From positions 383,667 to 447,666 of the forward strand of contig CAVYRA010000004.1 of assembly GCA_963770745.1 (NCBI GenBank): a stretch of 64,000 nt of DNA. The letters are read 5' to 3'. Source of the DNA: an uncultured Rikenellaceae bacterium (GTDB taxonomy: Bacteria > Bacteroidota > Bacteroidia > Bacteroidales > VadinHA17). The notes below the pieces were generated by a model that was not told the DNA's origin, made no database searches, and was given only the letters and a program-made list of their open reading frames with translations. Of this stretch, positions 19,469 to 28,268 are shown one piece after another (the first letter of the stretch is position 1; every line of letters starts with the position of its first letter). The position numbers and the translations under genes are program-made.

Positions 19469-20875
19469 TCAGAATCTGCGCCTGATGGCATTCCATATTT
19501 TTATCAGCGCCACAGCGAGGCTTCCAATGAAATATGGCATGCGCCGGGGACTGATCATTACCGTCTTATTGTCTTCCGTCACCTTCTTCACCAGGCCGGC
19601 TACATCTGCTGACGATATCCACGTATCATATATTAATCCTGTGTCTCCCCGTGTACGGATGAAATTCATGAACTGGCCTCTCCGGTAATCCGTGACCCGG
19701 TGAACAACGAATCCGCCGTCACGTCTGAGTGCCACCACCATCTCCTTTGCCAGTGGTATCTGAGGATTAAACGGTGTTATTACAATTCGGTCACCCGGTC
19801 TGATAGCGGGCCACATGCTGTAGCCGCCGGCAGTAATCGTAACGGGGCTCTTTTCTGCAAGGATGGCAGATGCTGTCTCAGCAGCCGTGACTGCATTGTC
19901 CGACTCCCGGGCAATGAGATAATCACGTATCACTCCGACAGGCAGAAATGAGAGCCGGCTCACCCTGACTGAGGATACCAGGTCCTCGACTGCCGCTGCC
20001 AGGCGTGACGCTGCGTCCCTGTGGCGGTTCTGCTGCACGCAGTTTGACAGTACCATCGCTACTGCTTCTGCCCCGGTGACGGGTGTTGAAACATTCGCCC
20101 GGCCATGCGTGATGCCCCACAGGTGATCAACAGCGGCGCTCCGTGGTTCATCATTGCGGTAGACAGGGGTGCTGTGCATCACCCAGCCATTTCCTGCTCT
20201 TCTCAGGATAAGCCTGTCGTCATGAATCACCCTGTCTCCGGCCCGGTCAAAGATTCCTGCCATGGTAGTCTTGCCACTGCCGGACCGCCCCGTGAAAATC
20301 CATCCGCGGCCTTCGCATATCACGCCCGATCCGTGTATCATTATGTCGCCGGATGCCGATGATAAAAAGTACAGCAGCAGCCCGTCAAGCGGATAAGGGA
20401 GGGGATTGACATCAGAACCCTGGGTGCTGTCATGACGGCTGTCAGGGAGCGGATAAGGGAGGGGATTGACATCAGAACCCTGGCTGTCAGCGAAGATCTG
20501 CCAGGTCATTTTGCCGTTCGGCATGACAAGGACAGGATTACAGCCCGGATCCTTTAGATAAACTTTTGCATAGGTAATATCTCCCCGGGTCAGTATCTCC
20601 CAGAATGGTTCGCCTGTATCGCGAAGCCCTTCAGGAGTCTCTTCCATCAGCCGGGCATCAAACACCTTCACGGCATCAGCCGGAATTGCCGCCCTTCCCG
20701 GGAATACATCAACCGTCAGCTCCGGCTCGAGGGCCCCTGCTGTCTCTTTTCCGGCTGCCGCATCCTTCCGCACAGACGTCATGAAAGCGCTGAATCGCTC
20801 ATCAGGCCGGAGAGTGATGCCATCCCCGGACTGCAGGCGAATCATCCTGCCGGCTATGATAAGATCAACAGTCAC
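19469..20875 (-). CDS. HprK-like kinase fused to a Sec11/SipW-type (S26B-like) signal-peptidase domain
   Basis: ORF of 468 aa. PYPLDGLLLYF...IHGSGVICEGRGWIFTGRSGSGKTT (HPr-kinase C-terminal-type P-loop, aa ~160-205). GGYSMWPAIRPGD...FVVHRV...TRGDTGLIYD (Ser, His and GDxxxxD boxes, aa ~350-417). GTG start overlaps the PqqD stop (GTGA). Confidence 0.6.
   Translation of the reverse strand: MTVDLIIAGRMIRLQSGDGITLRPDERFSAFMTSVRKDAAAGKETAGALEPELTVDVFPGRAAIPADAVKVFDARLMEETPEGLRDTGEPFWEILTRGDITYAKVYLKDPGCNPVLVMPNGKMTWQIFADSQGSDVNPLPYPLPDSRHDSTQGSDVNPLPYPLDGLLLYFLSSASGDIMIHGSGVICEGRGWIFTGRSGSGKTTMAGIFDRAGDRVIHDDRLILRRAGNGWVMHSTPVYRNDEPRSAAVDHLWGITHGRANVSTPVTGAEAVAMVLSNCVQQNRHRDAASRLAAAVEDLVSSVRVSRLSFLPVGVIRDYLIARESDNAVTAAETASAILAEKSPVTITAGGYSMWPAIRPGDRIVITPFNPQIPLAKEMVVALRRDGGFVVHRVTDYRRGQFMNFIRTRGDTGLIYDTWISSADVAGLVKKVTEDNKTVMISPRRMPYFIGSLAVALIKIWNAIRRRF
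20389..20483 (-). repeat. in-frame 60-bp tandem duplication inside the kinase gene
   Basis: A 35-bp perfect direct repeat GCGGATAAGGGAGGGGATTGACATCAGAACCCTGG at 20389-20423 and 20449-20483. It encodes a duplicated QGSDVNPLPYPL. Confidence 0.9.
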
Positions 20876-21162
20876 CGCTCCCTGAAATGAAGGAATTCCT
20901 GTACCTCCCCGAAGAAACCGAGAATGTCCTTTTCTGCAACATCCTGCTCAACATCGAACTCTTCTGCCACCTTCGACGTTATATCACTGATGGCAAGTTC
21001 GCCGTCTATCAGCTCCCAGATAAATGCACCGGTCTCAGTAAGCCTGTAAAGCGAATCCATATCGGCAATATTGTCCGTAAGGGGGATCAGCAGAAATTCG
21101 TCTTTGATCCTGCGGAAAACCACATCAGGTGAATGAGAAGGTATCGAGGAGAGTGATATCAT
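20872..21162 (-). CDS. PqqD-family peptide chaperone (RRE)
   Basis: ORF of 96 aa. VVFRRIKDEFLLIPL...LYRLTETGAFIWELIDGE...ISDITSKVAEEFDV...DILGFFGEV fits the PqqD pattern and size. Confidence 0.7.
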   Translation of the reverse strand: MISLSSIPSHSPDVVFRRIKDEFLLIPLTDNIADMDSLYRLTETGAFIWELIDGELAISDITSKVAEEFDVEQDVAEKDILGFFGEVQEFLHFRER

Positions 21163-21178
21163 TTATTTATAATCAACT

Positions 21179-21207
21179 CAAAGATAGCCAATTTCAGCCT
21201 ATCTTTG
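21179..21207. promoter_or_regulatory. perfect 9-bp inverted repeat formed by two divergent -7 boxes (TATCTTTG on each strand)
   Basis: CAAAGATAG-11 nt-CTATCTTTG. The minus-strand box is 17 nt from ATG 21162 (PqqD) and the plus-strand box is 23 nt from ATG 21230 (rnr). Confidence 0.45.
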
Positions 21208-21229
21208 AAAAAGCAAAATCAAGCTTGAA

Positions 21230-23356
21230 ATGGCAAGAAAGAAACAGGAGAAAAAACCTGGCATAGACCAGAAGAGTCTCATTGAACTCATCACAAAGGC
21301 GATGGCCAAAAATCCGAGGCAGCCTATGAACTACAAGCAGATAGCTGCCCGGCTCAAAATAGAGGAAAGCGAAGAGAAAAAGGCTCTCTCGGATGCGCTC
21401 CTCCGGATGAAGAAAGAGGGAATGACCGAAGAGAGGAACCACGGCAAATATATTCTGAAGTCTGTCGGAGGATATGTGACCGGCACCATCGACCTTACCA
21501 AATTCGGTTATGCATTCGTGGTCTCCGAAGAATCCGAAGACGATGTCTTCATTGCTGCCCGCAACCTCAACACCGCCCTTCACGGCGACAAGGTGAAGGT
21601 CATCCTCCATGCACGTCACAAGGGCAAGAGGCCCGAGGGAGAGGTGGTTGAGATCATCAGCCGCTCGCGGGCAACATTCGTTGGCACCATAGAAATGGCA
21701 AAACAGTTTGCCTTCCTGATGCCCGACAATAAGAATATGCCCTTCGATCTCTTTATCCCCCTTGCAAAGCTTAACGGGGCCAAACAGGGGCAGAAGGCCG
21801 TGGCAAGGCTGGTGGAATGGGATCAGCGTTCGCGGAACCCCGTTGGTGAGATAATTGAGGTTTTGGGCAATCCGGGTGAAAACGACACGGAAATGCACGC
21901 GATACTCGCCGAGTTTGGCCTCCCCAACAGGTTCGATCCCGAGATCGAAACTGCAGCTGAAAAGATCCCGGCTGAGATCACCCCTGAGGAGATTGCGGCA
22001 CGCCGCGACTTCCGCGAGGTGCCGACTTTCACCATCGACCCCGAGGATGCCAAGGACTTTGATGATGCACTCTCGCTGAGACGATTGCCTGACGGGAATA
22101 TGGAGGTTGGCGTGCATATTGCCGATGTGACGCATTACGTCAGAACAGGGTCGGTAATTGAGAAGGAAGCGCAGGAACGCGCCACCTCGGTCTACCTTGT
22201 TGACCGTACCATACCGATGCTCCCGGAACGGCTTTCCAACCATATATGCTCACTCGGTCCCGATGAGGACAAACTCACCTATTCAGCCGTCTTCGAGCTC
22301 GACAGTAAAGCCAATGTGGTTAAGGAGTGGTTCGGGCGGACTATCATCAGGTCAGACAGGCGCTTCTCATATTCCGGGGCTCAGATGGTCATCGACACCG
22401 GCGAAGGCGACATGAAGGAACAGCTCCTGACCCTTAACAGCATGGCACAGACGCTTCGCAGCCGGCGGTTCGCCTCCGGCTCCTTTGCCTTCGAACGGCT
22501 CGAGGTCAAGTTTAACCTTAGCGAGAAGGGAGTGCCCCTGGGGATACTCTTCCGCGAGTTCGGGACGGCAAACCAGCTCATAGAGGAGTTCATGCTGCTG
22601 GCCAACAGGCGCGTCGCGGAGTACGTCGGCAAAAAGATGAGCGGGAAGACCTTCGTCTACCGTATCCATGACAAACCCGATCCTGAGAAACTGAGCTCAT
22701 TCAGCTACTTCATCAAACGGTTCGGCTATGAGCTTGACACCGAAAATGTGAAAGGGCTTCCCGCAGCCATGAACAAACTCATGGACAATGTCTCAGGGAA
22801 AAAGGAGCAGAATATTATCGAGACCCTCGCCCTGCGCTCGATGGCCAAGGCGATCTATTCCACAGACAACATAGGTCACTACGGCCTTGCCTTCAGTCAT
22901 TACACCCACTTCACCTCGCCCATCAGACGTTATCCGGATATGATGGTACACCGCCTCCTGACAAAATACCTCGAAGGACAGCCTGCACGCGACAAGGACA
23001 AGTACGCAAAGTTGTGCGAGTACTCGTCAAAGCGTGAGAGGCTGGCTACAGACGCCGAACGGGCCTCTATCAAGTACAAGCAGGTGGAGTTCATGAGTGA
23101 CAAGATCGGAAAGGTGTTCGAAGGAGTCATCTCGGGAGTGACGGAATGGGGTATCTATGTCGAAATCATCGAGAACCAGTGCGAGGGAATGATCGCCATC
23201 AGGGAGTTGCAGGATGACTACTTTGAATATGACGAGGTGAACTACAGCATCAAAGGCCGGCAATCGGGCAAGGTTTACATGCTTGGTGACAAGATCAATG
23301 TGGAGGTGGCAAAAGCCGATCTGCAGAAGAGACAGCTCGATTACCGTCTGGCCTGA
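21230..23356 (+). CDS. rnr: ribonuclease R
   Basis: ORF of 708 aa. Cold-shock-like N domains, RNB core (FTIDPEDAKDFDDALS, HYGLAFSHYTHFTSPIRRYPD) and a C-terminal S1 domain (GKVFEGVISGVTEWGIYVEI). Confidence 0.95.
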   Translation: MARKKQEKKPGIDQKSLIELITKAMAKNPRQPMNYKQIAARLKIEESEEKKALSDALLRMKKEGMTEERNHGKYILKSVGGYVTGTIDLTKFGYAFVVSEESEDDVFIAARNLNTALHGDKVKVILHARHKGKRPEGEVVEIISRSRATFVGTIEMAKQFAFLMPDNKNMPFDLFIPLAKLNGAKQGQKAVARLVEWDQRSRNPVGEIIEVLGNPGENDTEMHAILAEFGLPNRFDPEIETAAEKIPAEITPEEIAARRDFREVPTFTIDPEDAKDFDDALSLRRLPDGNMEVGVHIADVTHYVRTGSVIEKEAQERATSVYLVDRTIPMLPERLSNHICSLGPDEDKLTYSAVFELDSKANVVKEWFGRTIIRSDRRFSYSGAQMVIDTGEGDMKEQLLTLNSMAQTLRSRRFASGSFAFERLEVKFNLSEKGVPLGILFREFGTANQLIEEFMLLANRRVAEYVGKKMSGKTFVYRIHDKPDPEKLSSFSYFIKRFGYELDTENVKGLPAAMNKLMDNVSGKKEQNIIETLALRSMAKAIYSTDNIGHYGLAFSHYTHFTSPIRRYPDMMVHRLLTKYLEGQPARDKDKYAKLCEYSSKRERLATDAERASIKYKQVEFMSDKIGKVFEGVISGVTEWGIYVEIIENQCEGMIAIRELQDDYFEYDEVNYSIKGRQSGKVYMLGDKINVEVAKADLQKRQLDYRLA

Positions 23357-24969
23357 TCGCTCTCAATAAGTTCCAGGAGCCTGGCGAGGGCCTCGGCCTC
23401 CGGGATATTCTTCAGCACGGCCTCTGTGCCGCGGTAGATGTGCACCTTCCCCTCTGCGGCGCCCACATAGCCGTAGTCGGCCCCGGCCATCTCACCCGGA
23501 CCGTTGACTATGCAACCCATCACTGCTATCTTCATGCCGGTCAGATGTGACGTGCCGGCTTTCACCCTGCGCACCGCCTCCTCAAGATTGAATTTCGTAC
23601 GGCCGCATGTGGGACATGAGATATACCTTGTGCGTGTTATGCGTGCCTCAGTGGCCTGGAGGATGGAGAAAGCAAGCCGGCGGAGAGCCTCTCCCTGTAC
23701 TGCTCCACTGTTGTTTATGCATAAGCCGGCGGGCTGACGTGCAATGAAGAACCTCCCCAGCAGCGCAGCCGCATCAATGGCAAGTTTCCCGGGGTCGTCC
23801 TCGCTGAAGACGGGATTCAGGACTGCGTTGTAAGCCTGCAGGTATTGGCAGCGCTTCAGCTCATCGGCTGCCATCGTCAGCACCTCGGTCTCATGCATGC
23901 CTCCCTGCTCATCGATAAAGATTCCGTCCTGCTCCTCTGAAATACCGACCTCCTGCTCATTAGGGATACTGCCCTGTTTTTCCTTTGGGATAATGACCTT
24001 TTTTTCATCCGGGAGACTGATCACCTTTTCGGAATAAACCTGGGGGTGGTAACGCTCTCCCGCCTTCCTTTGCGGTAGCGGGGCCGATGGTGCCTTCACC
24101 CTCCCTGCCGGGCCCGCCACGGCGCTGATGATCTGCCTGGCAACAGGTATCTCTTTCTCCGGTGCCTCGGAGAGCGAGACCCTTATGGTGTCACCGATGC
24201 CCTCCGTGAGCAGGGTGCCGATACCGGCTGCCGAGATGATCCTTCCGTCTTCGCCCTCACCGGCCTCGGTGATGCCCAGATGAACCGGGAAACGCATTCC
24301 ATCTTCAGCCATCATCCTGACGAGAAGACGGTTTGACTCAACCATCACGCGGGTGTCTGACGACTTCATCGAGACCACCAGGTTGCGGAAACCCTCATCC
24401 CTGAAGATCCACAGGAACTCTATTGCCGAGATGACCATCCCCTCCGGCGTGTTGCCATACCGTGTCATGATGCGGTCAGAGAGCGAGCCATGGTTCACCC
24501 CGATGCGAACGGCGGTACCGTTCTCAGAGCATATGCGTATCAGTGGCAACAGCCGCTCCCTGATGCGTTCCAGCTCAGCCATATATTCATTTTCAGTCAG
24601 CTCCTGTCTGATGAATGAAGCCCTCTTGTCGGCATAGTTGCCGGGATTGATGCGCACCTTCTCAACGAGGCGTGCCGCCACTTCTGCCGCTGCAGGATTA
24701 AAGTGTATGTCGGCGCAGAGCGGCGTATCAAAGCCTGCGTTTCGCAGTTCTCTTTTAATGTTTGCGAGGTTCTCCGCCTCCCTGACCCCCTGTGCCGTCA
24801 GCCTCACCAGCTCACCTCCGGCTTCGATGATACGGATGCACTGGCCGACGCTTCCCGCAGTGTCAAGGGTATCTGTATTGGTCATGCTCTGAACACGCAC
24901 CGGGAGATCTCCTCCCATGGTCAGGCTGCCGATCTTAATAACCTCTGATCTGTAGGGAATCACCGTCAC
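23341..24969 (-). CDS. ispG: 4-hydroxy-3-methylbut-2-en-1-yl diphosphate synthase (long form)
   Basis: ORF of 542 aa. [17 protein letters not shown], and a C-terminal ISCPTCGRT...[11 protein letters not shown] Fe-S motif. GTG start overlaps the cysS stop (GTGA). Confidence 0.9.
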   Translation of the reverse strand: MTVIPYRSEVIKIGSLTMGGDLPVRVQSMTNTDTLDTAGSVGQCIRIIEAGGELVRLTAQGVREAENLANIKRELRNAGFDTPLCADIHFNPAAAEVAARLVEKVRINPGNYADKRASFIRQELTENEYMAELERIRERLLPLIRICSENGTAVRIGVNHGSLSDRIMTRYGNTPEGMVISAIEFLWIFRDEGFRNLVVSMKSSDTRVMVESNRLLVRMMAEDGMRFPVHLGITEAGEGEDGRIISAAGIGTLLTEGIGDTIRVSLSEAPEKEIPVARQIISAVAGPAGRVKAPSAPLPQRKAGERYHPQVYSEKVISLPDEKKVIIPKEKQGSIPNEQEVGISEEQDGIFIDEQGGMHETEVLTMAADELKRCQYLQAYNAVLNPVFSEDDPGKLAIDAAALLGRFFIARQPAGLCINNSGAVQGEALRRLAFSILQATEARITRTRYISCPTCGRTKFNLEEAVRRVKAGTSHLTGMKIAVMGCIVNGPGEMAGADYGYVGAAEGKVHIYRGTEAVLKNIPEAEALARLLELIESDQARR

Positions 24970-26435
24970 ACCGTTATCTCCCAGTCATAACCATCCTTGC
25001 GGTCCTTCACCGTGATGCCGAGCTCGCTCAGCCGGTCGCGGATGCGGTCCGAGACGCTCCACTCCTTCCTGGCCTTGGCCTCCTGCCTCATGTCGAGCAG
25101 CAGTGTCAGCACCCCGGCAAGTTTGTCATTTCCCACAGCTTCCTCTGCCCTGAGGCCGAAGAGCTCATGAACGAATATCCTGAAAAGCTCCTTAAGCGAA
25201 GCAATGTCAGCCGCTGTCAGCCGCTCTTTGCCGTCATTCACCAGGTTGATGATCCTGACGGCATCAAATAGCTGGGCTATCGCTACCGGCGTGTTCAGGT
25301 CGTCACTCATGGCTTCATAACACTTTTTGGTGATGCTGCCTATGTCTGTGGTCGATGCGTCAGAGGGAGTGAGGTTCGCCAGGGTGCGCTCTGCCGTGAG
25401 CAGCTTCTGCAGTCCCAGTGATGCCGCCAGCAGAGCCTCATTGCTGAAGTCCAGTGTGCTGCGGTAGTGCGCCTGAAGCATGAAGAAACGGATGGTCATC
25501 GGTGAGTAGGCCTGAACAAGCAGCTTATGGGTGCCGGAGAACATCTCCCCGAGGGTGATGAAGTTGCCGAGCGATCTCGCCATCTTCTGGCCGTTGATGG
25601 TGACCATGTTGTTATGAACCCAGTAACGCACCGGCTGGTGACCCTGCGCTGCCGTGCTCTGGGCAATCTCGCACTCGTGGTGGGGGAAGATCAGGTCCAT
25701 GCCGCCGCCATGGATGTCAAAGGTTTCACCAAGATATTTGGTGCTCATCACCGAGCATTCGAGGTGCCATCCGGGGAAACCGTCGCTCCACGGCGAGGGC
25801 CATCTCATGATATGACCGGGAGAGGCTTTTTTCCACAGGGCGAAGTCAAACTGGCCGCGCTTCTCATCCTGCCCCTCCAGTGGGCGGCTGTTGGCACGCA
25901 TATCCTCAAGCACCCTTCCCGAAAGGATGCCATAATTATGCTCACTGTCATACTTCTCAACATCGAAATATACCGAACCGTTCGATTCGTAAGCATACCC
26001 GCTTTGGATGAGTTTTTCGGCCAGCAGCTGCTGCTCAATGATATGCCCTGTGGCCCGGGGTTCTATCGACGGGGCCAGGGTGTTGAGCTTATCCATTGCC
26101 GCATGATAGTTGTTCATGTACTTCTGGACTATCTCCATCGGCTCCATGTTCTCCTGCCGGGCACGGCGGCTGATCTTGTCCTCTCCGGAGTCATCAACCT
26201 CATTCTCCAGGTGACCGACATCCGTTATATTGCGTACATACCGCACCTTATAATCCAGATGCATGAGGTACCTGTAGAGCAGGTCAAAGGTCACGGCAGG
26301 GCGGGCATGACCCAGATGCACCTCACTGTAGACAGTCGGGCCGCAGACATACATGCCGACGAAGGGAGGAGCCAGCGGCTCAAACAGTTCTTTCCTGCGC
26401 GTAAGGGTGTTATACAGATAGAGTGCACTTTTCAT
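24966..26435 (-). CDS. cysS: cysteine--tRNA ligase
   Basis: ORF of 489 aa. [18 protein letters not shown] (HIGH), [18 protein letters not shown] (KMSKS-type), WHLECS zinc site. Confidence 0.97.
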   Translation of the reverse strand: MKSALYLYNTLTRRKELFEPLAPPFVGMYVCGPTVYSEVHLGHARPAVTFDLLYRYLMHLDYKVRYVRNITDVGHLENEVDDSGEDKISRRARQENMEPMEIVQKYMNNYHAAMDKLNTLAPSIEPRATGHIIEQQLLAEKLIQSGYAYESNGSVYFDVEKYDSEHNYGILSGRVLEDMRANSRPLEGQDEKRGQFDFALWKKASPGHIMRWPSPWSDGFPGWHLECSVMSTKYLGETFDIHGGGMDLIFPHHECEIAQSTAAQGHQPVRYWVHNNMVTINGQKMARSLGNFITLGEMFSGTHKLLVQAYSPMTIRFFMLQAHYRSTLDFSNEALLAASLGLQKLLTAERTLANLTPSDASTTDIGSITKKCYEAMSDDLNTPVAIAQLFDAVRIINLVNDGKERLTAADIASLKELFRIFVHELFGLRAEEAVGNDKLAGVLTLLLDMRQEAKARKEWSVSDRIRDRLSELGITVKDRKDGYDWEITV

Positions 26436-26452
26436 CTCATCGGCTCTTTGTG

Positions 26453-26460
26453 CAAAAGTA
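26453..26460 (-). promoter_or_regulatory. candidate -7 promoter box (TACTTTTG) for cysS
   Basis: Exact TAnnTTTG on the minus strand, 18 nt upstream of ATG 26435. Confidence 0.4.
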
Positions 26461-26490
26461 ATGCTTTTGAAGTAAAGGCGCGGAACAGTC

Positions 26491-26530
26491 AGAGCAGAAA
26501 ACTGCCCCGGACCTTTTCAGGCCGGGGCAG
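26491..26530 (-). terminator. rho-independent terminator-like hairpin
   Basis: CTGCCCCGG / CCGGGGCAG 9-bp GC-rich stem (26502-26510 and 26522-26530), followed on the minus strand by TTTTCTGCT. Confidence 0.6.
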
Positions 26531-26745
26531 CAAAGCGACGATAATGCAATCTATCCCGCCGGAAGAGACGAATCATGCAGCGAGACGCGCCAGTGAAGCG
26601 CCTTTTCCCCTTTGAGCGCTATTCAACCGTAGACTTCAGACGGGTAGTTTCCATTCTGTCGCATTTTAATTAGTGACTGACAATAAGCCTTACATGACAT
26701 TGACTATTAACAAAAGGTGACTAAAGTAAAATTAAAAAAATATTT

Positions 26746-26769
26746 TCTCAATTAGCAAATAAATTGAGA
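26746..26769 (-). terminator. weak AT-rich hairpin downstream of the nucleotidyltransferase gene
   Basis: TCTCAATT / AATTGAGA 8-bp stem with an 8-nt loop, followed on the minus strand by AAAATATTTTTTTAAT. Starts 30 nt after the stop at 26799. Confidence 0.3.
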
Positions 26770-26798
26770 GAAATTTTAGTAAAATTTTGATTTTAGTA

Positions 26799-28268
26799 TT
26801 ATTTGTCCCGTTTTATGGCGCTTTCGGGCCTAAAAATCCAAATCAGCTTCCCGAGCCTGTGCGGATAATGCAGCATTGCGGAGAGGGTTGACTGGCATCC
26901 GTACCTTCGCTTCATGAAATCAACCGACGGGAAAACATCGCCGGCAATGAATATCAGTTTCTTCCTGAATCCCTTCATGGAATTCAGGTTCCTGGTAAAC
27001 ATTTCGTGCTGACTCTCCGGAGTGATCAGCCCCGGGTACATCAGGTCATGCATGAACCGGTCGGCTTTTCTCTGCTCCTCACCGGGCAGGGCTCTCAGCA
27101 TTTCTACGGGCAGGGCTTGCATCTCTGCGGGCAGGTTCTTCATCTCACCGGACTGGGACGCCATCTCCCCGGACCCGGCTGTCATCTCTGCGGGAACCTC
27201 AAGGCCCCATGCCTGCTCCATGACGGTCATAACCACCCGGACTTCAGACGAAATGCCGGCCTGTTCCGCTGCGGTCATCAGGTCTTTGTTGATGATCACG
27301 CTTCCGTGCTTCTTAAGGAGAAGGTATATGTCTGTATACAGGCGAAGCTGAAACTCTCCCTTGACCTCGTGCTTGTAAATATGGCTTACCAGTCCGAGGA
27401 AGGCTGTCACCGGAGGCAGCACATGGAAAGTCTTTCCTCCCACTGAGATTTCCTCCGCCTCACTGATGGCAGTGCTGACCATCTCCTCACCCTCTGTCCC
27501 GAAGAGGCGGTAATGGAGATCAACCGATATCCCTCCCCGGTGCATCTCGGGCAGGTGGTTGCCCAGGTCAAGTGATATGTGCCTGTATAACCACGACTTC
27601 ATGGGCATCGATGCAAAACCGGCACCGGCGAGTATATCCTTTGCTTTCAGCGCATCACCCGGTGCCACAAGCAGATCTGCATCACTCATCTGCCGGAGTC
27701 CCCTCGAGCCGTAAACCGTATGCTCCAGGGCAAGTCCCTTGAGCAGAAGAACCCTTATCCCTTTATTCTCAAGAATATCAACCACCTCAGCAGCAGCATT
27801 GGTGATGTATGCCACCCTGGCGATAGACTTGAACCGCAATCCTTCAAGAATTATCTTTTCGGGTTCCGGCACATGTCCGTCAAGCAAAAGATCGCACATG
27901 TTCTGCCATACGAGTGCTGCCACACCATGCCTGACAGCCAGGTCAGTGAACAGCTTCCATAAGCCGAAAGATTTGCATTCCTCCCTTAACCGGAGCTTTT
28001 CCTCAACCGTGAATTCAACCCTGCTCAACAGAAGGAGCAGGCTGGCTGCCTTCGCCCGGTTAATATCATCAGTGCCCGTCAGGTGACTTCCGGCGGTCTG
28101 CTCCCGGTTGTTGCCCGTAACTATTTCAGCCTTAGGGGAGGCTGCCCTCTCACGGCTGTCGCCTGGCGTACACTCTGTCATATCGCCAGATGCCCTCTTC
28201 CGGTTATCGCTGCCAAGCCTCTCCCTGCTTTTGTCGGCAGGATCCCCGGGTGTATCGGTTGCTTCCAT
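26799..28268 (-). CDS. nucleotidyltransferase family protein (NTP_transf_5-like) with disordered N-terminal extension
   Basis: ORF. VLLLKGLALEHTVYGSRGLRQMSDADLLV...ISVDLHYRLF fits the 'uncharacterised nucleotidyltransferase' family. ATG 28268 shares one base with the ABC gene stop. Confidence 0.6.
   Translation of the reverse strand: MEATDTPGDPADKSRERLGSDNRKRASGDMTECTPGDSRERAASPKAEIVTGNNREQTAGSHLTGTDDINRAKAASLLLLLSRVEFTVEEKLRLREECKSFGLWKLFTDLAVRHGVAALVWQNMCDLLLDGHVPEPEKIILEGLRFKSIARVAYITNAAAEVVDILENKGIRVLLLKGLALEHTVYGSRGLRQMSDADLLVAPGDALKAKDILAGAGFASMPMKSWLYRHISLDLGNHLPEMHRGGISVDLHYRLFGTEGEEMVSTAISEAEEISVGGKTFHVLPPVTAFLGLVSHIYKHEVKGEFQLRLYTDIYLLLKKHGSVIINKDLMTAAEQAGISSEVRVVMTVMEQAWGLEVPAEMTAGSGEMASQSGEMKNLPAEMQALPVEMLRALPGEEQRKADRFMHDLMYPGLITPESQHEMFTRNLNSMKGFRKKLIFIAGDVFPSVDFMKRRYGCQSTLSAMLHYPHRLGKLIWIFRPESAIKRDK
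27099..27203 (-). repeat. 21-bp x5 in-frame tandem repeat inside the nucleotidyltransferase gene
   Basis: CATYTC... units start at 27099, 27120, 27141, 27162 and 27183. They encode the heptads PAEMT AGSGEMA SQSGEMK NLPAEMQ ALPVEML. Confidence 0.8.
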
